Shown piece after piece: positions 54,492 to 64,000 of a DNA stretch of 64,000 nucleotides; positions within the stretch are counted from its first letter, which is position 1, and every line of letters begins with the position of its first letter. The notes beneath the pieces are model-generated. The model was not told the DNA's origin, made no database searches, and was given only the letters and a program-made list of their open reading frames with translations. Source of the stretch: Lama guanicoe (lineage: Eukaryota); contig MU054001.1 of assembly GCA_013239625.1 (NCBI GenBank), positions 124,001-188,000 on the forward strand. Direction: 5' to 3'. Position numbers and translations under genes: made by a program.

Positions 54492-55050
54492 TGCGCTCCC
54501 GGGCCCCGCGCGTCGCCCGGGGGTGGCTGGCTCGGTGCGTGCGGCCGCGTCGCCGCCTGGCTGGCGCCTGCTCCGCCGCGCAGCGCTGCGCTCCGAGAGG
54601 CTACTTGACTCGGTGGTTTAGGCTTCGCCCGCCTCAGCGGCGCATGGTCCGGCCCCCGCGCCCCAGCCCGCGCCGCGCAGCCTGCTCTCGCCGGTCCTGG
54701 CAAAGCCTTTGTATGTTTAAAGCCCCAGATGCGCAGCCTCCAGCCACCGCCTGAGGAAGTCTGGATGCAGCGGAAACTAGGGAGGGCAGCAGCCAGATGT
54801 GGCCGGCTGGGCTGGGAGGGCGCTGGCAGTGTGGCGGCTGGGAGAGAGGGGCCGCTCAGGCCCGCCCCTCTCCGCCCCCTTCCCCCTCTCGCCCTCCTCC
54901 TCTTTTCTCCTCTCTTCCTTTCTCCGCCTTTTCCCCCTCGGCTGCAAGCACCAGCCGGGCGCGACCGCCCAACCTCTATTCCGTAATCCAGGCGCGAAAC
55001 CTAAGGACCCTCTGTGGGGAAACATCTGGCGCGTGCACTCTAGGCTCTTG
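54492..55050 (-). promoter_or_regulatory. MMP2 5'UTR and TATA-less CpG-island promoter; probable TSS ~54800
   Basis: Minus strand reads ACATCTGGCTGCTGCCCTCCC from 54800, matching the recalled 5' end of mammalian MMP2 mRNA; GC boxes at ~54860-54880. Confidence 0.75.
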
Positions 55051-55926
55051 ACCTCCTGAGCCTGGAGAGCAGCGGATCTTGGAGTGACTTGCAGGGGCAG
55101 GACTGCGGGCACTCCGGCCACTCCCAGGGGCATGGGTCAGAGATGGAGGGGAAGGGTCAGAAACAGATGATCAGCTGCACTGATGGATGGATTGTCAGAG
55201 AAAGAGATTTTAGATGATTAGAGATGGAGACAGAGAGAGATGGACAGAAATGGAAGGAGAGATGGAAACAATGTGGAGGGTCTCTCCTTCCCCTCCCTCC
55301 CTCCCTTCTTTCTTTCTTTCTCACTCCCCTCTCCTTTTCTTTCTTCCTTCTGTAAATGTTTAAGCATTTACTTGGCAAGTGTAATGCTAGGTGCTACATT
55401 TGGAAACACAGCAGTCTTGGTCCCTGTCCTTGAGGAATATCCCCTTCCTCTCCCGGGAAAGAGAATTAATTAGGTGCTAGGCTGTGATGGGGAACTCCAG
55501 CAGGCTGTGGGAACACCTGACCTCAGCCCCTAAAGTAGCATAGGTGGTCAGGGATGGCTTCCTGGAAGAAGTGATTTCTGAGCTGAGGAGACCTGAAGAG
55601 CAACAAGATAGGGGGAGTCCTAGGTGGAGGCTGGGATAGGAGGGATGTTGAGGGCACAGTCTAAGGAACAGCCCTTACAAAATGTCCATAGGCGAACAAC
55701 AGCTTGATGCACTGGAGAAGGAAGTTCCCTTATCTGAAGATCTGGCAGGGGGCGGGGTGAGGAGATAGGACTGGGGGTCAGCAGGGACCCATTAGAGGAG
55801 CAAAGTCACGAGCTGAAAGGATCAGCAACAATCTGCCTGTGAGGACCTTAGACGTCATAGCGATGAGTCTGGTCATTCTCCTAAGAACCAGAAAAGCCTC
55901 TGCAGCTTGGGTCTCAAGTGGGTTTC

Positions 55927-55946
55927 AGACAAGTACAGGCTTGCCT
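55927..55946. promoter_or_regulatory. p53 response element (MMP2 RE-1/r2 enhancer orthologue)
   Basis: AGACAAGTAC AGGCTTGCCT = two RRRCWWGYYY half-sites, zero spacer, one mismatch. Confidence 0.75.
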
Positions 55947-57042
55947 GGCAGGCATGCGCTGTTGGTCAGCCAGGAGTCAGTCTGAAAGGCGCCCCTTGGA
56001 AGGTATTTAACCCCGAAGGAAGGACACCCGCCCATCAGCCTGAACCAGGGAGAAGCCTGACTGCTTGGGGGAGGGTGAGTCTGAGGTCAGTGGGGTGGGG
56101 GTGGGGGGTTGCCTCCTAGCTCAGCCCCATTTGGCTCCAGTCCAGTCCTCTGGATAACTGGAGAGCCAAGTTGGAGAGCAGTGAGCTGGGAGTGAAAATG
56201 GAAAAAGTTGTCTCACTAAAGCAGGGCTTACAAACTCGTGGCCTGTGGGCTGAATCCCGCCTGAACAGCATTTTGAAACTTGGGAAACTTCGTATAAAAA
56301 TCTGACTGTCTGGTTTTCTTTCAAAAATTTCCCCCAAATCTGGCAAGACCGGGTGCCAGTTTCCACATGGCAACAATTAGCTGAAGTTAAGGAGTGGCTG
56401 CCTCCGCTAGATGAGGCGTGGACTTTGGTTTGCCACAGTCCCCACCATTCTCTATTGCCCCTCATGTGACTCACTCAGCTCAGTTTTGCTCATTTACATC
56501 ACTCACCCCATTTGAAGTTTAACCTTTTCGCAAAAATCTTTGTAAGACATGTGGGAATAAACAACACTGCTTTGGGGGTCCTCTGGCACAGGGCAGCTTT
56601 GACTGCACCTCTTCACAACCTGTGTAGTTTTGGCAATCCAGAGGCATTGGGGTCCAGTGTAGGTGACTGGTACCCATTTAGAGATGGGGACAGCTGCAAA
56701 AGCAGGTGTCCGTGGTGCCCAGCAGAGCAGTGGCAGTGCCCAGCAGCAACTGATACCCAGGGGACTAGGAGAACATAGGCAGTATCTGGTGATAATGGAC
56801 TTGTTTGTGAGTACATGTGACACACTCCAAGACCCCTGTGGACCCCTTTAGCTCTCTTTGCAGTGGCAACCTGCCATGGTCACCCTGGGAGCTGTGGTAA
56901 CCCCGGGAGCCCCATGTTGATATGACAGAACCACAGAATGAAAACAACCAGTCTCCCTGTAGAAAAACAAACTTTCACATCGTAGACCACTGAGCTCTGG
57001 GCATGCAGTTGTTACCGCAGCATCGTTTAACCGATCGTAATG

Positions 57043-57482
57043 CAGGTGTAAATTGTGTTCCTCCAAAAGATGTGTTTAAGGCCTAACCTCCAGTACCTGT
57101 AAATGTGCCCTCATTTGGAAACAGTCTTTACAGGTACCACCAAGTTAAGATGAGGTCATACCGGACCTAATCCAGTGACTTACATCCTAAAAAGAGAAGA
57201 AATCTGCACACAGAGACACACAGTGAGAACTACATGTGACCATGGAGGCAGAGTTTGGAATGACACAGCATCAAGACAGGAATTCCAAGGACCGTCAGGA
57301 GCCCCTGGAAGTTGGGAGAAGTGAGGATGCATTTTTCTCTGGAGCCTTTGGAGAGAGCATGGCTCTGACGGCACCTTGATTTTGGACTTCTAGCCTCCAG
57401 AACGATGATAAAATAAATTTCTGATGCTTTAAACCACCCAGTTTGTGCTATTTTGTTACAGTAGCTCTAAGAAATTAATACA
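57043..57482 (+). mobile_element. MaLR (MLT1-type) solo LTR
   Basis: AATTGTGTTCCTCCAAAAGAT...CACCTTGATTTTGGACTTCTAGCCTCCAGAAC...AAATTAATACA. Confidence 0.75.
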
Positions 57483-57621
57483 GGTTACAATTAGGTGACA
57501 CCAGGACATGGCATCAATTTATGCCACTTGTTCATTCATTCATTCATTCATTCATTCAGGAACATTTTATTGAACACTGTTCCAGATGCTGGGGTACATC
57601 AGCATCAAGATAAAGTTCGTA

Positions 57622-57941
57622 TAAACTTATTTACAAAACAGAAAGAGACCCACAGCCGTAGAAAACAATGGTTGCGTTTACCAGGGGGGGAGGCGGGAGG
57701 GAGGGATAAACTGGGAGTTTGGGATTGGCAGATACAAACTACTATGCACAGGATAGATAAACAGCAAGGTCCTACTGTAGAGCACAAAGAACTATATTCA
57801 ATGGCTTGTAGTAACCTGTAATGAAACAGAAGATGAAAAAAAGATGTATATATATGCATAACTGAATCACTATGCTGTGCACCAGAAACTAATACACTGT
57901 AAACCAACTATACTTCAAATTTTTAAAAATGAGGGGAAAAA
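57622..57941 (+). mobile_element. Truncated L1 3' end (cetartiodactyl type)
   Basis: AACTTATTTACAAAACAGAAA...GGGATAAACTGGGAGTTTGGGATT...AACTATACTTCAA. Confidence 0.8.
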
Positions 57942-58238
57942 ATAAAATTTGTATTGATGAAGAAGTAAAACAATGATGTGAGCTACCAAACAAGAAAACA
58001 AGGCCCCCAGGGAAGTAGCGGCCATCTGTTGTTAATACTTTTCCAAGGCCCTGTCCTCCTGGTTTTGGTAGCTGCCTCTTAATTTTCCTTTAAGGAACCT
58101 CCTCTCCCCAATTCTTGGTCTGTGAGGTTCAGTGAACGTGACCTACCTCCCGGCTCCATGTGACCCAGGCTTGGCTAAAAAGCAGATCCAATACCACTGG
58201 CTGGGTGATGGTTCAGAGGTAGGCTTTTGAATCTATTG

Positions 58239-58829
58239 TGTTAGAGCAGGCAGATAGCTAGATATGAGGAGAGAAAGGGGACGCAGACCAAATGGCAGGA
58301 ATTGGGCAGAAAGGAGGGGCACAGGCCCAATGCAGGAAACCACACATCATATGAGCACCAGGGGGCCCTGGGCAGAGAAAGAAAAGCGGGAACCTTTGGG
58401 CTGATAAGGGGTCACACTTTTTGGGGGTGATGAGTGGCCTGGAGATCAACAAAGAAAGGTGAGAAAAGGCAGGAAATGCCAGTGTTCGAATGTAACCTTT
58501 TGCTCATTATGTCTTCATTTCAATAAAATTAGCCTTGCAGATCAGAAGTACCCATCATGCACCGATGCCATGACACTTCCAATCCAGACTAAATAAGGAC
58601 AAAAATCCCTCCTCCCTTTGGGAAGGTGGAGTTGGGATGATAATCAGGGAATATGACCCCAAACCCTTCCCTCCCCAATGAATTTTCCACCCATTTATTC
58701 CCCCTGAGAGTGTACTATCCATCCTTTAGTAAATCCTTACTTTACTGTTTTTAACCACTACGTCTTGTCTCTGAATTCTTTCTGGAACAGGACAAGAACC
58801 TGGAACACTGGTTGCATATACCGGCAACA
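58239..58829 (+). mobile_element. Solo LTR (ERV1-like), unrelated to the intronic provirus
   Basis: TGTT...AACA termini, 4-bp TSD ATTG (58235-58238, 58830-58833), U5-like GAATTCTTTCT...GACAAGAACC. Confidence 0.75.
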
Positions 58830-61800
58830 ATTGGAGCCCATGAAAATTAATTCTGGGACTTTCGCTGGAGGTTTTTGGGATGCAGCCTACAATTTCAGCT
58901 ATAAATGAAGGTGTGAGGCAAGAATGGAAGTATCCTTAAGGACAGGTCTTCCTGAGGTTGAAGACACACCAAACAGAGCAGAAATGCTGAGCCTGAGCTC
59001 CTGGATCCAGCCCTGCCTGCAGCCAGAGTATGCTGCGCTTTTTAGTTTAGTGTGTGATATATTGATATCCCTTCCTCCCAACTTTGTGTGTGTGTGTGTG
59101 TGTGTTGTTTTGTTTTTCGCTGATGTCTGTTTGGGTTGAGTTTCTGTCCCTTGCAACCTGAAATTCCTGACTGATAGGGTGAAAGACATAGGTGAGAAAC
59201 CAGAACCAGTCAGACCCTCTGCCTGAGGTCACAGCCCTCCCTCACTTTGTCTCTGCCTCTAGGTCCCAGGGACATCTGAGAAGCAGTCCTGGGGGGCACA
59301 GGAGTGTGTCAGCACACTCAATCCTAGAGGAGCATAGCAGGCAGGACCTTCTCTGGGATCAGGGAACCTCGGGTACCGCTGGGCTTCCCACTAGGACTCC
59401 AACCCCCAGGCTGAGGCCTGTGGATTCCAGGCCGTGTCCCCTCCGCACAGTCAGGAGTCCGGGAGGCAGCAGATGGCACTCTCAGAAGGAGGACAGTTCG
59501 AGGAGAGCTTAGTGACAAAGGGATTAAATCCAAAGTGTGTGGGTGGAGTGTAGGGGGACCAACTGGCCAGAAGCAGGTCTGTGACCGTCGCAGGCCCAAA
59601 AGGTTGGCGAGAGGGGCAGTTCTGGGAGCCCCCAAAGGAGAGAGAATTGTACAGAGCAGGGGCCTTGAACTAAGCGGTAGCCGGAAGGACCTCCTGCGGA
59701 CGGATCCAGGAATAAACATCCTCCTTTGTTCTCATCGCTCCCTCTGACCCTTTGTTGGGCTCCCCTAGCATGAAGTCTGGGCCCAGCGGTCCCAGGAGGG
59801 AGGGAGGTGGAGCGCCACCTGGAGGAGCAAACGGAAGTTGACCGGCACGCCCACCACCTCCTCCCTCCCGTACTTACTCTTTATACTCCAGCCACACTGG
59901 CTTTCTCTCTGTTCCTGAGAGATGGCAACTCTCTTGTGGCAGCCACAGATCTTCTTTCCAGAAAGAACATGTCGTTCAGTGGCCAAGAGTGCAGTGAGCC
60001 GACGCCCACAGCAGCAGGAATCGGCCTCAGCTTTTGAGCCTACGCCGCGCTCATTCGGCCAAGCCCGGATGCTGACTGAGCACACAGGGTACCAGGGCTC
60101 CCCTCTGGGGCAGCTTGATGTTTTCTTCGAAACGCTGTCTTGGAGGCTAGGCCCCATCCTGCTTCCCCCCTCTTTTTCTTTCTCTGGCCTTATCCTCCAA
60201 AACTTCGTGAACTCCTGACCGCATCCCAGAATGCACTTCCTAGAGGATGCAACTGACACGCCCGTCCTCTCGGCCTGCAGATCTTCTCATCTACTAGGAA
60301 TCAGCTCAAATGCCACCTCCCCAGGGAAGCCTTCCTTGACTGATCATCCCCAGAAAGGATCCACCTCCTGTGTTGTTTCCTTCCTGGCAGCTACAACTGT
60401 CTTGAAATGATCTTGTTAACTTTAATATTTGTTTATTGACTCCTGAACTAGAATGTCAGCTGTGGCCCCAGTATCCCGAACAGGGTTTGCATATAGAAGG
60501 TACTTAATTAATACCTGTCAAATAAATGGTTGAATAAATTAATGAATCTCGCCTAGATGTCGGGAGATGGAAGGGCAGGCACAGTAACCGAAGGTGGGAA
60601 TGGTGGGGTGTTATCCTGAGTAAAAGGAAAGGCCAGAATGAGCACCCAGGGCTCTGACCTGGATTGGATGACTTAAAATGTAGGGGGTTCTCTTGTGCCA
60701 TCTTAGGTTTTTCCTTTCTGCCATGAATAGGTCAAGGGAGAATAGACCACTTTAGACTTTGGGGAGTCTCAGGACAGAGTTGTTCATTTGTAACCAACAG
60801 CAGGAGAAACTCAGGGTAGACTTCAAGTGGGACTTCCCAACAGTGAAGAGAAAGATTGAGGTCTTAAAGGGTCTGAGTTAGGCTGAGACATAAGTTAGGC
60901 TGATACAGCTGCTCATCCAAAGGACCTCAGAGAGACAGAGGACAGGCGAAACCTTCTTTGGTCACCCTGGACTAGGTGGGTGGATGCAAGGAGCTTCAGA
61001 CAGCTTAACAATTATGACTAGGTTGGGAAGGACAAGTGGGCCATCAGCTTCTGTCTTTGCTGCCCCCACCTTGCCATTGACCCTCCATTCTCTCTCAATC
61101 ACTCCCACGCAGGGTCTCTGAGTCCTTGGGTCACTGCCTCCCCTGGGGCTCTGCCCCTGCCCACCTCCCCTCTCTTTTTTTTGCCTTTGTTTTTATCCAG
61201 GTTTGTGGCTTCTAGCCAGGATAATATGTGCCTGCTCAGCCCCCACTCTCCATTTCAGCACGCTGTACAACACACTGGGTTCTCCTGGGAAACCACACCT
61301 CCCTCCCTCGTTTATGGCCCAGGCCTGACCAGTCAGAGCACCTGGCCCTCTGGGTACAGAAGGCACTTGCCAGCTTCTATCTAGGGGATAATGCTGGCCC
61401 AAAAGTGGAGGTGGAAACAGAGTATACAGACTTGGGAACACTATTTGAGACCCTAGATCTAGCTTTACCTGAAACCGTCCCACCTTGGATTTCTCAGTTT
61501 GACGAGCCATTGAAAACTTAATCTAATTTGGGTAGCATTTCTGTTATTTGTACCTAAAAGCGTGCAGGGTAATCCACATGATACCTGGGAAAGGCTCACC
61601 ACTGAGGTGCTTCTGCTGGCAAGATGTCTGCCTGTCTGTCTGCACGTCCCTAAGCCTGACAGAGAACCCCCCTTTCTAGGCTCCTGGGGGTCAGTTCTGC
61701 CTGTGCAGGCACCGCGTGGTGGAAGAGATGTCGGAGTGCAGATCTGGCCCATGGGCTCCAGGGCATCCGTGAGAAAGTGCCCACATTCCCACCGCAGCTT

Positions 61801-62914
61801 GAATGCCCTGAGAAGCGAGAGTTACTGGGAGGTAGATGGAAACCAGGCAGTGATCTCCCTGTACTTAGATGTGTTCAAATAGGCTGAGGCCCCCCATGAC
61901 ATGGAGGCTGCAGAGAGGACTCAGGGCAAAGTCCGAGGTTCTGGGGCTTTCCTGAGCACTTGGGGCACTAATGGTGGACCCCAGATGACAGGCAGGTGTA
62001 GTCAGGAAGAAAGAAGAAAGGAAGAGGCTGTAAACTAAAGACTAACTGCATGTCAGATCTAGATGGATCCTAGGGTCTGATTACACCTCTCAGTTTGACG
62101 GAAGTCACCACTAGAAGGAGCGCATCAGGCCCCGGGCCAGGTCGGTTATGGATGCTGAATTCCCATGGTGCTCCTTTGAAGCAGGTCATATGATCAGCAT
62201 CTGTATTTTAATACTTGAGGAAACTGAGGCAGAGAGAGGAGGACCTGCTAAGATCATCACACGCAGCATCAGCACCAGGATGCCCCTTGGGGCTCTCTGG
62301 CACCAGAGCCCCTGCACCCAACCACCATGTTACACAGCTGTCCTGGAAAGATGGGGAAACTGAGGCACACAGGAAACTTTGCCCAAGTCACACAGGAAGA
62401 GAAAACCAGGCATTCCCAAGAGCTCACTCTGATCTAAGGACTGAGGCAGGCACCTTCACAAAGGTCACTGTGCTCAGTCCTCCCAATGAACTGGTGACTA
62501 GGCTACGAATATGAGGGGAAAAGTGAGCCCAGAGAAGGTAAATGACTTGACCAAGGACACACAGCATGTAAGTGTAACTAGAACCTGAGTCTATTGATTC
62601 TTTCCCCTGAAGCAGCCGTTAGTTCCAGAGCTGCTAGGTCCTCTGTTAGCTCAGCACCCCAACCCCACTGTCTTCCACTCCTCCCAGCACCCCTGCAGCC
62701 AAACCACTGGCAGAGGGGATTCTGATGGTACTAGGAGCTGGATTCCTATCACCCTGAAAATAGGACTAGGTCTCCTCAGAGCGCCTTCCCAGGGCTAGAA
62801 CCAACCTCAGCAGGGAAGGATGTCTGTGTACCCCTCAGACCACTGATTCTGCAAGGGCTGGCTATCCTCGTCCCAACCCCACACCTTGGAGGAACAGTTC
62901 CTTCTGCAGATAGA

Positions 62915-63012
62915 CTGCGCCATCTGGTGGCCACTCTTGGCGAAGCAGCCTCAGAGCTAGGAGCCCACTGGGTCGGAACATTCTCCGGGCTCGTGGCTCC
63001 ATCTAGTGGCAT
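62915..63012 (-). promoter_or_regulatory. Tandem CTCF motifs
   Basis: Minus strand TGGCCACCAGATGGCGCAG (62915-62933) and ATGCCACTAGATGGAGCCA (62994-63012). Confidence 0.65.
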
Positions 63013-64000
63013 TAGTGCGCAATCACACACTATCAGCTTCAACCTGAGAATCCCTGGAGGAGATTGTTTAAATATCCTAGGACTCCATTTTAGAGTTAAT
63101 GAGCTCGATTTTGCAGGGTGGGAGGGGTGCATTCTAAAAACCTGGATTTTAGGTAAGATTTCTAGGTGATTCTGAACTCAAGGAAAGTTGAAGTTTGAGA
63201 AGCAGGACTTAAAGGGACTTAGAGATGTATTTGTACTGGCTCCCCACCTATTCCATAACAAAATCAAACCCACTTCACATCTGAGATTCTCATTTTCAAT
63301 TTAAAGAGGAGGAAACTGAGGTTCCGAAGGTGGCAGTCACTCACCCATGAGAACATAGCGAGTGAAGGAGCAGACATCTTCCTTCCCAGCTCTAGGGCAT
63401 GTGGAAAAGCAGGAGGGAAGCACCTCGGCCAATAGGAAACCTGGGATCTGTTACCTGCACCTTGCAAACGAAGGGCTCTGCAAAGGTGAGCTGGCGGCAC
63501 TGTGGTAGGATCTCCTGGCCCTGGTCATATGAGGCTGCAGTCTGTCTCTCTGATTATTACTGTAACTGCCTTGCTTGCGTCTTCTTCATCCTTGTTGGAG
63601 TGATGGTGGGACTGGGCACTGATCTGTCAATCAGGGATGAGGACTCAGAAGGTCTAGAATAATAACAACTTACATCATGACATCGTCAGGCTCTGCTCTA
63701 AACATTTCACATGTATTGGTTCCTCTGATCCTATAAAAGAGTTCCTGAGAATATAGCATTATGATTATTCCTTTATACATAGGGGTACCCCTTTATGCAG
63801 TGGACACTGAGGCACAGTTAGTGGGCACTGACCCAGACAGTCTGCTTCAGGCCCGTGATTTTAACCAGGGACCACCCAGTGCCCCAGAGCAGGCAAGGGT
63901 TGGCTTCTGCACCTTTGGGGACATCATCATCTTCTCTCTGGTCATCTTTGGCCAAGCCACCTTCTCTGTCTGGGTCTCCTTGTTCCTATTTGTTTATTTC

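Overview
Mammalian genomic DNA, most likely a camelid, judged from tRNA-derived SINEs of the Vic-1 type and cetartiodactyl-type L1 3' ends. The minus strand carries the complete 13-exon MMP2 gene (CDS 54491->31329, 1986 nt, 661 aa). It is followed head-to-tail, about 2 kb after its poly(A) signal, by exons 1-8 of LPCAT2 (28269->3867); LPCAT2 continues beyond the left edge. All splice junctions read GT-AG and keep frame. The main accessory element is a 6.4-kb defective class I (gamma-like) endogenous provirus (19591-25994, + strand, antisense in LPCAT2 intron 1). It has two LTRs, an AAAC target-site duplication, a tRNA-Thr-like PBS, twin leader hairpins and a large deletion from gag to RNase H. 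It looks chimeric: HERV-E/ERV3-like gag-pol with an RD114/HERV-W-like env, and a small hydrophobic frame between pol and env. Non-coding highlights are a TGCCAA/E-box cluster in MMP2 intron 1, a 3-codon uORF, a p53 element, co-oriented CTCF motifs, a solo LTR and an unexplained 63-bp duplication flanking LPCAT2 exon 8. Most ORFs in the supplied track are spurious. Repeat family names and cross-species comparisons come from recall, not database searches.
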